64,000 bases of DNA from positions 1-64,000 of the IMG/VR virus record IMGVR_UViG_3300022602_000003. One strand, 5' to 3'. The notes below the pieces were generated by a model, which was given only the letters and a program-made list of their open reading frames with translations, made no database searches and was not told the DNA's origin. The DNA is from a virus. Made by a program: the position numbers and the translations under genes. The stretch's first letter is position 1; the number at the start of each line of letters is the position of its first letter. Shown here in pieces: positions 47,989 to 59,373 of this stretch.

Positions 47989-48603
47989 TTATGAGATAAG
48001 TCTAGCCACTGAAGAACGTGAGAGACGCTTGCCGCTCGACGTTTGAATACCCATATTAAACAGGCGTTCTGAGACCTGAGAGAGGGAGAGACCTTGACCC
48101 TTCAGCTTCTGAGCGAGCTCGACATCACGAGAGTGAAAGAGAGAAGGGCGTCCCAATTTCTTGCCGTTTGCTTTCGCCTGTCCAAGAGCTTCACGTGTAC
48201 GCTCCTGGATACGAGCACGTTCCCACTGAGCGATTGACGCCATAATGCCAACGACGAGAGCTCCTTCAGGAGTCGAGGTGTCGACGCCAAGGTCCAAGGC
48301 GATAAAGTTCCAGCCCTGAGTTTTTGCTAGTTCGAGCAAACGAGCGATGTCGCTCATAGAACGTGCAACTCTGTCCAGTTTTGCCACGATGAGCGTGTCA
48401 GCCTCACCAGCCTCGAGGCGACGCAAAATGTCTGAGAGACCAGGTCGTGAGAGTGGCGTGATGGAACCCGAAACTTTCTCTGGAACAAAGTGAACCAGCT
48501 CAAAATTACGAAACTCAGCCTCTGCTCGAATTCGCTTTTCCTGTACTTCAAGTGATAGGTCTTGCTTTTGCGTTGATGTTCGCGCGTACCCAATTGCTTT
48601 CAT
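47989..48603 (-). CDS. small serine recombinase (resolvase/invertase family)
   Basis: GYARTST catalytic Ser, RPGL, KLDRVARS, ER..I.ERT, LGRP motifs and a C-terminal HTH-like region. Confidence 0.9.
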   Translation of the reverse strand: MKAIGYARTSTQKQDLSLEVQEKRIRAEAEFRNFELVHFVPEKVSGSITPLSRPGLSDILRRLEAGEADTLIVAKLDRVARSMSDIARLLELAKTQGWNFIALDLGVDTSTPEGALVVGIMASIAQWERARIQERTREALGQAKANGKKLGRPSLFHSRDVELAQKLKGQGLSLSQVSERLFNMGIQTSSGKRLSRSSVARLIS

Positions 48604-48624
48604 GAACCCTCCTGTTCAGGAACT

Positions 48625-48652
48625 ACTATATCATGTTTTTACTTGATGTCGA
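48625..48652 (-). promoter_or_regulatory. promoter of the recombinase gene
   Basis: TCGACA-16 nt-TATAGT with extended TG, followed by SD GGAGG. Confidence 0.55.
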
Positions 48653-49058
48653 ACTCGTACTCGCAATTTGGACAAGTGATTGTTCGACCAGTCTTTGGAG
48701 CTTTTTGTGGAAAAATGCTCCAGAGAAAAGATTGAGTCGATTCTGTCTCTGGGAACCAGTTGGTAGTTGGCTTGTTATCTTTGTCAAAAAGATGCTTCCA
48801 GAGGTAATTTGGGGTTTCGTCATCTTCTGCTTCGTTTTCGATTTTTTCAGTGTTTGCGTCATATTCGAGTGTTTTGACTCGTTGAGTGAGAGAGTTGATA
48901 GTTGTGACCAAGTTCTCACGTTCAGTGTCTAATATGTCGATTTGTGATGCAAGAGTCGCAACTGCATCAGCAAGTGCGTCTACGATTCTTATTGTGTCAT
49001 TTGCAAGAATAACGACATCTTTTTGATACGCGAATTTTTTCTTGTTTTTCTTAAACAT
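48639..49058 (-). CDS. coiled-coil protein with a C-terminal zinc knuckle
   Basis: SD AAGGAG before ATG 49058; ITCPNCEYEF. Confidence 0.6.
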   Translation of the reverse strand: MFKKNKKKFAYQKDVVILANDTIRIVDALADAVATLASQIDILDTERENLVTTINSLTQRVKTLEYDANTEKIENEAEDDETPNYLWKHLFDKDNKPTTNWFPETESTQSFLWSIFPQKAPKTGRTITCPNCEYEFDIK

Positions 49059-49586
49059 ACAGCTCCTTTGGTAATTTGTAAACACATTAACACGTAGAGG
49101 CCCCAGAATTTTTTTGTTGGAGTACAACACAATATCCTGTCTGGAGTTTTTGTAAACACCTTTTACACGCGTAAGAGCATCACGAAAGTATATAGGGCTA
49201 CACTTTGCGCACTTTCCTTTAAGATTTTTCCGGGTTTCTCACAGGCCTGGGCCCTGGGCACATCACTCACACTCTCATCTTGTGCGTGTACTAAAAACCT
49301 TGGATTGTGGTACACCAAAAAGCCTTGCAACTAATGGGCCTACTCTAGAGTAACGCCCCCACTCTTCTCTCTATACGCGTACGCGTAGAAAGTGCACACA
49401 TTTGGGCGCTCTCCTGACCTACACAAGCCCTCTCTGGCCAGGCCCACCTGAGCTACTCTTTTGTTGCATTTTTCATTGAGCATTTTTCATCCATGCTATC
49501 TTCTCATAGATAGGCACATATATAACACAATTGTATTACTTTTGTGTAGTACTACAGGGCTCTACATGTACGCGTAGGGCCAGTAG

Positions 49587-50258
49587 CTACCACTTCCAGC
49601 CTGGGTACCTAGTCTTAGCATCTTTCTTATATGATGCTCTTCCTAGTAGCTCTACCTCATCTTGCATCTTTATAGATGATTTTATTTTCCATTGTCCCTC
49701 TAGCCCAGGTGCACACTCTACTAAGCCATAGTGTAGCCAAGCAGTACGCACCACCTCTAGAATTGTGTATCTAGGATATGCATCCCAAGATAAAGGTGCT
49801 TTTGCTAGAACATTCTCTAGAGGCACATAATCATCTGTGACATAGCTACAAACGACAAATGTGCCAAGACTCAAAGCCATACTTGGGTCTCCAGAAAAGG
49901 CCTTTTTCTCAGGCCTTGATTCTTCAAAGCGAATAGGAACATGTCTCCATTTTGTCGCTTTTAACGCAAGTGTAAAAGCACGTCTCTCTTGAGCACGTTT
50001 GGTGACAAGTGACTTGAGACGACTTTTTCCTGTAGATGTCAATTTCAACATTTCTGCAGGACGTCCTCTTTTTGAAGTGCGTACTTGCGGAATTGGCATC
50101 ACACATTCATCTTCAACAAGGTCTCGAAGAACTTGTAAAATGCGGTGTGTGTCACCTTTGTGAGCACGAATAATTTCAACTTTTGAGACAGGTGTGCTTG
50201 ATTTCGCAAGAATTTCAAGTGCGAAAATAAGTGACTCATCATATTTTTCTTGACTCAT
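49587..50258 (-). CDS. winged-helix-like DNA-binding protein
   Basis: L.DLV..........GRP....LT..G wHTH pattern. Confidence 0.5.
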   Translation of the reverse strand: MSQEKYDESLIFALEILAKSSTPVSKVEIIRAHKGDTHRILQVLRDLVEDECVMPIPQVRTSKRGRPAEMLKLTSTGKSRLKSLVTKRAQERRAFTLALKATKWRHVPIRFEESRPEKKAFSGDPSMALSLGTFVVCSYVTDDYVPLENVLAKAPLSWDAYPRYTILEVVRTAWLHYGLVECAPGLEGQWKIKSSIKMQDEVELLGRASYKKDAKTRYPGWKW

Positions 50259-50464
50259 ATTACACGTTCCTACACACTTTTCAAAATGTCGTTGTCTTAC
50301 TCATAATTCTAATTTCCTAATTATATAAAGGAAAAAATTAACTATGCAACAACTAATTATATTTCATCAAAAAATATTTTTTTGAGGCCCTAAAACCTAT
50401 ACAGGCGTTGGAAATTTGAACTTGTGCTCTAACTTTCTACACTGCGGGTGGCACAGGCGAGGAA

Positions 50465-50503
50465 TTTTACTTGATAAGATGCTTCGCATCTTATCAAGTA
50501 AAA
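50465..50503. repeat. perfect 18-bp inverted repeat
   Basis: TTTTACTTGATAAGATGC-TTC-GCATCTTATCAAGTAAAA in the divergent intergenic region. Confidence 0.9.
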
Positions 50504-50573
50504 AACGAGTGCGCGAAACTTGATATAAGCCTCCTTTTTCGTCCTCTTCTCTTTTTCATCCTGTCACCTGTCT

Positions 50574-50609
<36 letters not shown>

Positions 50610-50774
50610 TACCCCGTCCCTCTTCTTCCTTTTCTTATTCTTATGCATCCTGTTCGCAAGCGCAAGTGAGAGAGACACCTCAAAAAATATTTTGCGTTGA
50701 TGATTTACTTTTATCTTGCATCCTGTTATAGTTGAATTCTCAGGAACAACCCGACGAAAGATGAAGGAAACAGA

Positions 50775-51257
50775 GTGACGCCTCGACAAACTGCTCGCTC
50801 GAAAACTCGTACAGCCTCTCGCTCTTCCGTGACTCCTGTTCGTTCCGCGCTTCGCATCAAAGAGGTCCGCGAAACTCGCGACTTGCACGAGCTTCTTCCG
50901 CCGAATTCCGAAGTCTTCATCAACGAATTCACGGACATCCTGTCTCGCATGGCGACTGGCTACTGGCCGACAATTCAAGTACCCGAGGGCTGGTATGGAG
51001 TGGTCGCTTCGCTGCATGTCGCTCTTGCTGAAATGTCTCCCGGCTATCAAGTCGTCGCCATTAAAAAAGAGAACGACGAGCTCTTTTACTTAATTCGCAT
51101 TCCTGACAATTCGCACGATATGACGAGCGAAATGTTGTCAGCGATAAGTATCGCCCGTGGCCGGTGTCGCGTCTTGTGTGAGATTTGCGGCGAGCCTGGT
51201 GACTCGATTCTGGTGTGTAACAACCAAGAGGTACGCTGTACAAATCACAGCAAATAA
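50775..51257 (+). CDS. hypothetical phage protein with a C-terminal CxxC motif
   Basis: GWY.....L, IK.....L..Y, CEICGEPG...C..H; SD AAGGA. Confidence 0.7.
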   Translation: MTPRQTARSKTRTASRSSVTPVRSALRIKEVRETRDLHELLPPNSEVFINEFTDILSRMATGYWPTIQVPEGWYGVVASLHVALAEMSPGYQVVAIKKENDELFYLIRIPDNSHDMTSEMLSAISIARGRCRVLCEICGEPGDSILVCNNQEVRCTNHSK

Positions 51258-51278
51258 GTCTTCATAAGCAAAGGAGAA

Positions 51279-51608
51279 ATGATGGAGAAAGTGACAAAGG
51301 AAGAAAAGCAGAAGATTTACGAAGAGGCGACACTCATCGCTACTCGTACTTTGGCGACAATCGGTGCGAGAGGAGCTTGCTCTGGAATCTCACAAATTGA
51401 CTTCTTTTCAAAAGAACTCGAAGACATCCGCAAGGCAAAAGCAGTCTGCGACCGGTGCCCAATTCAAGAGACCTGTCGAGACTACGCACTTCGATTTGAG
51501 AACTACGGAGTGTGGGGAGGAACTACGGCGAAGGAGCGCAAGTCACTTCGTCAGAGTCTTGGCATCAAGTTCATCGACATCTTCTTCCACGACTCGAGGT
51601 CGATGTAG
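51279..51608 (+). CDS. whiB: WhiB-family Fe-S transcription factor
   Basis: C..AKAVCDRCPIQETC..YA..GVWGG..ER. Confidence 0.9.
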   Translation: MMEKVTKEEKQKIYEEATLIATRTLATIGARGACSGISQIDFFSKELEDIRKAKAVCDRCPIQETCRDYALRFENYGVWGGTTAKERKSLRQSLGIKFIDIFFHDSRSM

Positions 51609-53075
51609 AAATGAGTGCAAACGACGTCGCTTGGAGTGTACGCATTTCTTTCTGGAATGCGTATAACCGGATAGCAATGCTTTTCGCTCGTTTAAGAAAA
51701 AAGCTTTCAAGAAGCAAAGACTAGCAAGTGAAAAGATTCCGAAAGAAGAAAAAGCATAATCGACCGATTTCGCATCTGGTCACTTTTTGCGCTATTTTGA
51801 TGTCGCATAAAGACGAAAATGACGCTTTTACTCGAGGATATCGTAAAGCAATTCACGATGTCTTAAAGTTCATTCTTCTTGATGAATCAACTGCTGGTCC
51901 AATTGACTTGCATCAACCAGAAGAGAGAAAGAAATGAATGCCACCGCAACATGTAAATGTCTTCACACTTATGCTCAACACGAGTCGACAATTGGCTGTA
52001 CTCGTTGCGCCTGTCAAGAGTTCTCTGGTCTTCTCATTGTAAAGTCGGTGAAAAATGAAGATTTGTCGTAATTGCGGTCGCCTCATCTATTGGCTCAAGA
52101 GTGATTGGATACATGACGACGGCGTAAAGAATTGCACCGGAGGAATTGGAGAAGCCTCTCCAGAGTACGAAGAGAAGGGAGATATATGAACTGGTTGGCA
52201 ATTGAAGAAATCGTCATTACACTGACTTTTGCCGCGATTTTGCTTTTTCTTATCGCTTGGACGACAAAAGAATGAGCGCAATTATTTACAAGTGTCACGA
52301 ATGTAAGGTGGGCTTCTATCGCTCTGCTGACTATATCCGTCACCGCAATGCTCTTATTCACAAAAGCTCGGTACCTGTAAAAGGTTCGCCTAATGAAACT
52401 GAACGAGAGCATCGCGAACGAATTAACACAATGCTACAAGAGGATGCACGGATACTCGGTTGGGAGTATGATTTTGATATTGACGGTAACGTGCTTAATA
52501 TTCACGAACTTGAAAAAGGAGAAAAATGACAATCAAACCGATGACATTGGTAATCAAAAAGAGTTGCCTTGTCTGCTACAAACAAAGTGAAATTGAAGTT
52601 GACGCTCTTGCGTACAACTCATGGATTAGTGGCAAAGTAATTCAAGAAGCATTTCCAGACATGCCAGCAGGTGAACGAGAGCTCATCAAAACTGGCATCG
52701 ACGCCGAGTGTTGGGAAGTCTTGTGTGATTTCGGATGAGTATCGGCTTCGAAGACTTCGACAACTTCGTAGAAAAGCACAACATTCAGCCAGAAGAACTG
52801 GGAGTAGCGTTTGCGGCATGGCTCTCAGGCGCAGGCTGGAACGGCGACTTCAAAGAGGTAGAAAAATAGACTTACCCTGGCAATATCAGGACTGGTCGTA
52901 TGAAACGGAGAAATATGAACGAGAGCAACGAAAAAATAGACAGTAAAGCAATCGTGCAAAACTTAAAGTCTCGCTTTCTTATTCCTGAAGAAGAGCTTGG
53001 CGATGACCCGGTGCTTTGGCGTCAAAATGACACCGTTAATCGAATAGCAAAGTATTTAGAAAAAGTTTTACCGTA

Positions 53076-54797
53076 ATGAATAAAGAAGAACGACAAGCAC
53101 TTAGAGAAAAGCACAGCCAAGTCCTTGACGGATACGAAGGCGTATGTAATCGTTGCGGAACTTTATACAAATGCGACGTGATTAAAGTACTTGACGCTCT
53201 TGAGTTGCTAATTGGTACCGTAAGCAAGGTAGGATTACTTTATGACTGATGCCGAGCGTCAAGCACTTCTTGACTTATTAAACTCGTATTTTGATATGGG
53301 AATTGCGTGGACCGATGAAATGCGAAACAAATTTCCAACATGCAAATGCGGGCACAATGCTTATATGCATGACCACCCAACACTCTTTGGTCCGTGCTAC
53401 TCGGGTTGGGCCGAGAAGGGCTCGATGGAATGTGATTGTGAAGTATTTGAGGAGAATAATGAAGAAACTACGCTGTAAATATTGCGACAAGAAAATCGCT
53501 TATGCGCCATTGCTAAAACTATGGTTCCATGAAAAGACTCATGACCCGCATTGCAAGACAACGAAAGCAGAACCAAAATGACAAGTAAACTATACGAAGA
53601 AATAAGAAAAAAGCACACTCAATATCTTGATGAATGCGGCTTTTGCGGAGTTGAATTTCCTTGCGACGCGATTTTTCTGCTTAACAAATTGATTTTGCTT
53701 CTTGACGAATTAGAAGATGCAAAAATGATTACGCACGGCTATGCTGAGCGAGTCAAGAGAAAGATGCAAAAGTAATGCCAAAAATTGTTCACTACAATCT
53801 CAAAGAAAACGGCGACACTCCTCGTTGGGGCTTTATTTTTGAGCGAACTCACAAAAGGCGGCGCGTTTTTGCAAGTGTCGATATCTTTTTAGGCTATCAT
53901 TTATTTGGAATTTCAAAAAGGAAAAGGTGGTAAGAATGACTGACTATGTTGATGTAAGAACCGATGCTTATGAGGCCACGTTCCCGACTCTGTATGAGGC
54001 TGAATACTGGTCTCAAAAAGTATTAGGCGAGTACCCTCCAATGGGCTATAATACAAGTTGCTCAATCCGCAAGCTCGAGGGAAACGCCTGGAGAGTGGAT
54101 GTCAAGCGTTGGAACAGTTGCGACTGATGCACCCAGCAATTATCATTTTAGTTATCTGGGCTTTGGCTGTAATGGCAATAAGGAGAGACTAATGACTACT
54201 GAACTAATCGAGAAAACCTGCAAGCACCAATGGTGGAACCTAGTCCATGTCACCTGCTGTATGAAGTGTGGCCAAGGGCGATGAATTCTACTGAACGACA
54301 AGAAATACGAGACAACCATCGTTCAGAAATACGAGGTTCTGAGTTGTGTTGTAGACGTTGTTCAGATGCCATCTTTGATGTGACTTATCCTTGTGAGGTC
54401 ATCGATATACTTAATGCTTGGGAGAGGACATTATGACCCACGCTGAACGCAAAGCACTACGAGAGAAGCACAGTCAAGATTTGGAAATGTGCAGTTTCTG
54501 TGACGCAGGCCCACTAGGTAAAAATGTTGAATACCCTTGTGACGTAATCAAGGTACTTGACGCCTACGAGGAGTTTATAGTACCATTGAAGGAGAAGCAA
54601 TGACTCATGATGAGCGCAAAGCACTACGAGAAAAACACTGGCCGCACCTTTGGCACGAAATGGAAATCTGCGACTCATGCGACCGTGAGTTCCCTTGCGA
54701 CGCAGTTAAATTACTAGACTATCTCGACGTCGTCGAGCCAATGCTTAATTCAAATAGTGAGAACGTGAATGAAATTAACTGGCCCGCTGGCAAATAA
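53076..54797 (+). repeat. five paralogous small H-CxxC-(P)C genes (53076-53249, 53578-53775, 54281-54436, 54433-54603, 54600-54797)
   Basis: Shared pattern ER.ALREKH...CxxC...PCD.IK.LD. Confidence 0.8.
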
Positions 54798-54816
54798 TGG
54801 TACAATAGTTATTCTT

Positions 54817-54939
54817 ATGTCAGAGTTCCCTACTATCGATTTTACAAATGGTGCCGTAGCCGTCACCAAAGAATTCACCCCAGAAGAAGCACTTGCTTGT
54901 TCTTTAGAAAACCCCGAGTACTGCGAGGCATGCCAGTGA
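54817..54939 (+). CDS. 40-aa acidic peptide ending ACSLENPEYCEACQ
   Basis: Translated by hand; TG-G-TACAAT at 54798-54806 upstream. Confidence 0.6.
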   Translation: MSEFPTIDFTNGAVAVTKEFTPEEALACSLENPEYCEACQ

Positions 54940-55927
54940 TTTTAGTTTTGCTATTTATTCCACCACTACTTGTTGCTGGAATTGCAAGTTATCTCGTTTT
55001 TAGAGCAGAAAGTAAGAAGTAAAACATAGCGGTACGCCGCTACTAACAAAAGAAAGAAGATGTAAGATGGGAAAATTGTTCGGGGCATTTTGCTTGCTCT
55101 TTGCATTTCTACTTGGCTTTGGTATTTTAGCCGAGACTATGTGGTGGATATGGGGCGGCGGTCTTCTAGCATTTAGAATTCTTGCTACATCCGTCGTCAT
55201 TGATTTCTTTCTTATTTGGACGGCGACTCATTTTCTTTCAAAAGTAAAGTCATAACATGTCGTTGGATACTTACTCATCGTCTGATTTAATCAATGAGCT
55301 TGCATATCGCATTTTTCCAAAAAACCGTCTTCGTCAAACAATCACATACCTTGAAGGCGAAAATAAAGCGCTTCAATTAGAAAACGATGTTCTAAAGCAA
55401 GCAATTCATGAGTCAGTGATGACAATCATTGAAATGCGTAATGAACATCTTGCGATTCCAGAACAAAGTCGTCAGCAGTTAATCGCAATCTCAACTGCCG
55501 TACAAACAAGCAGTTCTTTGTTTCAATTGATTGAAATTGCATTGGATAATGCGGCAGAAGAAATTGCAGCGTACACGGCCGAAGAAAAAGAAGATGTCAA
55601 ATCACGCTTGTTTGAAGGTATGAACGATACAATGCAAACACTTACAAACACGTTTGCTGCATGCAACGAAATTCTAAAAGAAGTTTAGAAAAATAAGTAC
55701 ATATACCAAGTTTAAGTGATAGAGTACTAAACAATATCTATTTATAGAAAGAGGACACCGTGACAATTGAATCACCTTCTTCACCCGAGCGTGAAGCAAC
55801 AAAAGCCGCTCTTCAAAAAATCATACGGCAAAATGTGCAGCAACTTATTGCGCAAAACATTTCATCATTTTCTAATCCGTCATCGCTGCTTGATTTAATA
55901 GCGAACACAAAAGAAGAGAAGTAAACC

Positions 55928-56236
55928 GTGGCGCGCTCTGATAAAGAGCGCCTGAGCGAAGAATGGAGGAACTTCGCTGCGTGCGCCGGCGTTGACATCT
56001 CAGTCTTCTATCCAAATGAAGCAAACTTCTTTATTGAAGATGAAGACGGTAATGCTGGAAAATACTGTTTCCATTGTCCTGTTCAAGATGAATGCTTGAA
56101 CTACGCCGTCACATACGAAATTCGTGACGGAATATTTGGCGGTACAAACGAAGCAAAGCGACTTAAACTCATTAACGCAAAAATCAATTTGCGAAGAAAA
56201 GAATCTCGTGAACGCAGAAAAAACAAAAATCTCTAG
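55928..56236 (+). CDS. whiB: second WhiB-family protein
   Basis: W...AAC..FYP..CFHCPVQDECLNYA..GIFGG..R. Confidence 0.9.
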   Translation: MARSDKERLSEEWRNFAACAGVDISVFYPNEANFFIEDEDGNAGKYCFHCPVQDECLNYAVTYEIRDGIFGGTNEAKRLKLINAKINLRRKESRERRKNKNL

Positions 56237-56318
56237 TGTACTTTAATGTTGACGCTTCAATTGATTTCCGGCAGTGATAAAGTAGCTTCTCTCACTGTAA
56301 AGAAGAAAGACGATACAG

Positions 56319-58493
56319 ATGCAATCATCGTTACCCTCCGGCGGAAGCAACATGCTGGATGAAACGATGCCGGGCACGCCTCTTCAGTGGGCACTTTTCT
56401 ATGCGTCAAAGGGCTGGCGTGTTCTTCCAATTTGGTGGATAAAAGATAATAAGTGTGCTTGCGGCGATATTTCTTGTCGTAGCCCAGGCAAACACCCAAT
56501 TGGGTTCATGGTTCCAGATGGACTAAAGTCTGCAAGTAATGACGTCGCCACAATCACGGCGTGGGCTACTCAAAGTCCAGATATGAATATCGCAATTGCA
56601 ACTGGAAGTGCAAGTAATCTAATTGTACTTGACTTGGACTACCGTGAAAATGGCGAAGATATTCTTGATGGTGAGTACGAGCTTAAAGTATGGTTAGCAT
56701 CTCGAGGTATCGAATTACCTGATACTCTTATTCAGAAAACTGGTGGCGGCGGTTCTCACATTCTTCTTGAATTTCCATCAAACATTAGTGTCCGTCCAGT
56801 TATTTCGAGTCGGACAAATTGGTTGCCTGGTGTAGATATTCGAGCAGACGGTGGATACATTGTCGCTGCACCTTCGCAACACATTAGTGGTGAATTCTAC
56901 AACTGGAAAGATAGCACAGTGTTGTCAGTCATTTCAAATGATTTGCTCAACATTCTTTCAAATGAAAAAAGACAAACTACCGGTAATACTCTTTCGCCTG
57001 CTACGCACTCACTTGATGTACCGTCACTTATGCGTGATGGCTTTCGTATGGGTGAACGTGATGACGGCTTTACTCGATTAGCTGGAATTCTTCGAGGTCG
57101 CGGTGATTCAATTGACAGTGCATACGCAATCACAAAAGCGGTCTGGGAAAAAACCGACCAAGTTGACGGCGACTACTTTCCACTTGCAACGGCATATGAA
57201 AAAGTTGAGCGAGGCTACAAGTACTGGGAAGCGCCTGAAGAACTCAGTGAAGAGCAGATTTCATGGGCATTGCGAAGTGACGCACGAGCAACGTTAGTTG
57301 CCGAAGCACAATCCGCAACCGCCGCATCGCCTCTCACTAAGCCACAAAAAAGTCCTATGGAATCTATCACAACGAAGATTTCCGGGCCCCAGAAGGGCAT
57401 AGAGAGCCCATTCGTAACCGAAGAAACCGTTAATACTGATGAAATTGACGAAGATGAAGAGGTTGAGCACGACCCAACAGACCCTTGGGATGTTGCGGGT
57501 CTTATGGAGGGAGGCGAGATTGAAAGAGAACTCCCGACAATGCTTCAACGAGGTGATGGCAAATGTCTTATTTATCCCGGCCGTCTTCACTCAATCTACG
57601 GTGAGCCAGGTCACGGTAAAACTTGGGTGTCTTTACATTTAGTTCGTGAAAGACTTGAACAAGGCGAGACTGTTGCTTATCTTGACTACGATGAAGATGA
57701 CGGCGGTAAATCAATGGCGCTTCGTCTTCGGTCATTAGGAGTCGACTCGAATCTTGTTCGAAACCATTTGCGGTATCTGAACCCGCAAGGTATGGGAAAT
57801 AATCAAATTGCTTGGATAAAGCTCAAAGACCAGTTAAATGAGTGGAAGCCGACACTTGTCGTTGTCGATACAATGGCGCCTGCACTTGTTGAATTAGGAC
57901 TCAACGAAAAAGACAACGCTGAAGTCGGTGCGTGGTACGCGCACGCTCGTTGGTTGCTTCGCGGTCTTCGTCCTCAAGCAGCATTAGTCATTATTGACCA
58001 CGTTGTTAAGTCTGGAGAAGGTCGTGGTCGCTGGGCTCGAGGTGCAGGAGATAAGCTTGGTCGTTTGCACGCTGCTTATGGTGTGGAATCAACCGTCCCG
58101 TTTAGTCGAACAAATCCAGGTCACATTCGACTTGTAATTGCAAAGGACCGTGGTGGTGAAGTTGGTCGTGAAGGTGAGGCTGCCGCTGTCGTTAAGTTCA
58201 ATCCGTCAGACAACGGTCAAAAACTTGAGATTATTATCGACACTCCAGAATCTGCTGACTTAAGTTCGTTAGCACAACAACACGAAAATCGTAAAGCGGT
58301 TGTGAAAGATAGACTTATTATGGCGTTACGAAATGCAAGTGGTACCGGTCTTTCTTTTGCCGATTTGAAACGTGCCGCAAAATCATCTGGACCTGAAACA
58401 ATTGAGGTCATAAATGAATCAATTGACGATGGTAGTTTCATTCCGAATACCGAAGGAAGAGTCACACGTTACACTCTTTATACTAAAGTATGA
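56319..58493 (+). CDS. bifunctional primase-polymerase fused to an AAA/RepA-like helicase
   Basis: GWRVLP, GKHP, NIAIATG, VLDLD, TGGGGSH, DIRADGGYIVAAPS; Walker A GEPGHGKT and Walker B VVVDT. Confidence 0.9.
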   Translation: MQSSLPSGGSNMLDETMPGTPLQWALFYASKGWRVLPIWWIKDNKCACGDISCRSPGKHPIGFMVPDGLKSASNDVATITAWATQSPDMNIAIATGSASNLIVLDLDYRENGEDILDGEYELKVWLASRGIELPDTLIQKTGGGGSHILLEFPSNISVRPVISSRTNWLPGVDIRADGGYIVAAPSQHISGEFYNWKDSTVLSVISNDLLNILSNEKRQTTGNTLSPATHSLDVPSLMRDGFRMGERDDGFTRLAGILRGRGDSIDSAYAITKAVWEKTDQVDGDYFPLATAYEKVERGYKYWEAPEELSEEQISWALRSDARATLVAEAQSATAASPLTKPQKSPMESITTKISGPQKGIESPFVTEETVNTDEIDEDEEVEHDPTDPWDVAGLMEGGEIERELPTMLQRGDGKCLIYPGRLHSIYGEPGHGKTWVSLHLVRERLEQGETVAYLDYDEDDGGKSMALRLRSLGVDSNLVRNHLRYLNPQGMGNNQIAWIKLKDQLNEWKPTLVVVDTMAPALVELGLNEKDNAEVGAWYAHARWLLRGLRPQAALVIIDHVVKSGEGRGRWARGAGDKLGRLHAAYGVESTVPFSRTNPGHIRLVIAKDRGGEVGREGEAAAVVKFNPSDNGQKLEIIIDTPESADLSSLAQQHENRKAVVKDRLIMALRNASGTGLSFADLKRAAKSSGPETIEVINESIDDGSFIPNTEGRVTRYTLYTKV

Positions 58494-58500
58494 TGACTAT

Positions 58501-58971
58501 ATGGCATTCGATTTCGAACAACAAGATGATGCAATTGACTTTCCAGAATTAGTTTCAATCGCACGCGCGATGTTTGAAGTCGTACTTGACGATTTTCCTG
58601 CTCACCGTGTTCAAGTTGCTGTTGAGCAAATTAGAGCTTCAATTCGAGAAAATCTTCTCGATATCGGTTGCGACCCAACCGATGAGATTCAACTTCGTGC
58701 ATTTGCTTTAGGTGCGATGTTTGCTACTCACCGTCAAGTACAATACACTCCAATTGGTCACGAAACTGCAATTGTACCAGCAACTGCGATTAACATGATT
58801 AAAGACATGTCGTCAAAAGACGAGATGGTTAATCTTGAAAAATTAAGTATTTCTCTTGAGAATCAAATTCTTGAAGAAGAACGAAAGAAAAAAGCAAAAG
58901 AAGAAAAGTTAAAGCCAACTCTTCGTTCTTTTATCTCATACATCCGTGACTTCAGGAATGTAAGGAAATAG
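58501..58971 (+). CDS. hypothetical protein
   Basis: ATG 58501 lies just after the prim-pol stop; last + strand gene. Confidence 0.6.
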   Translation: MAFDFEQQDDAIDFPELVSIARAMFEVVLDDFPAHRVQVAVEQIRASIRENLLDIGCDPTDEIQLRAFALGAMFATHRQVQYTPIGHETAIVPATAINMIKDMSSKDEMVNLEKLSISLENQILEEERKKKAKEEKLKPTLRSFISYIRDFRNVRK

Positions 58972-59373
58972 CGCCAGACAAACTGATTGCGACAAAGAAT
59001 TCTCTTCCGCATCAAGAGGAAGAAGCACCGTCGTTGAATCATCTGGAATCTCTTCAATCGCTTCAAGCACCGTGAAGCCAATTTTCTTTGCGACGTCGCT
59101 TCGAGTCTCATCTTCTATATAGATAAGAGAAGACAAAGAGTCAGCAAGTACTGACATTGACATGACTCTCTTTTTTCTTGAAAGATACGCAATTGCGCAA
59201 TCAATTGAGCAGACTACCCCACTATAGCGTTCTTCTCGCGTCTGGAATGGGGGCTCTTGACCCGCAATGTCGAGTCCAATAGTTATCCACCCCATTGGTG
59301 GCACTTTGGCCTTAGAAGTCAACTCAACGGCTGATTCTCCTCGACTACCGCAACCAGCGGCGCATTCAAACAT
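58936..59373 (-). CDS. hypothetical protein
   Basis: TAATG-coupled; CxxxC and CSxxC motifs. Confidence 0.55.
   Translation of the reverse strand: MFECAAGCGSRGESAVELTSKAKVPPMGWITIGLDIAGQEPPFQTREERYSGVVCSIDCAIAYLSRKKRVMSMSVLADSLSSLIYIEDETRSDVAKKIGFTVLEAIEEIPDDSTTVLLPLDAEENSLSQSVCLALFPYIPEVTDV

Larger units (their letters stand above)
51611..55924 (+). other. dense cluster of small hypothetical genes, many Cys-rich (e.g. 51728-51937, 52272-52529, 52526-52738, 53242-53478, 53927-54127, 55067-55255, 55257-55688, 55760-55924)
   Basis: Tightly packed + strand ORFs with overlapping stop/start codons. Confidence 0.6.

Noticed and set aside
47989-48603. Serine recombinase as an integrase or tail-fibre invertase
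   Set aside because: At 204 aa it lacks the large C-terminal domains of serine integrases, it is far from the fibre genes, and I saw no inverted crossover sites or att duplication
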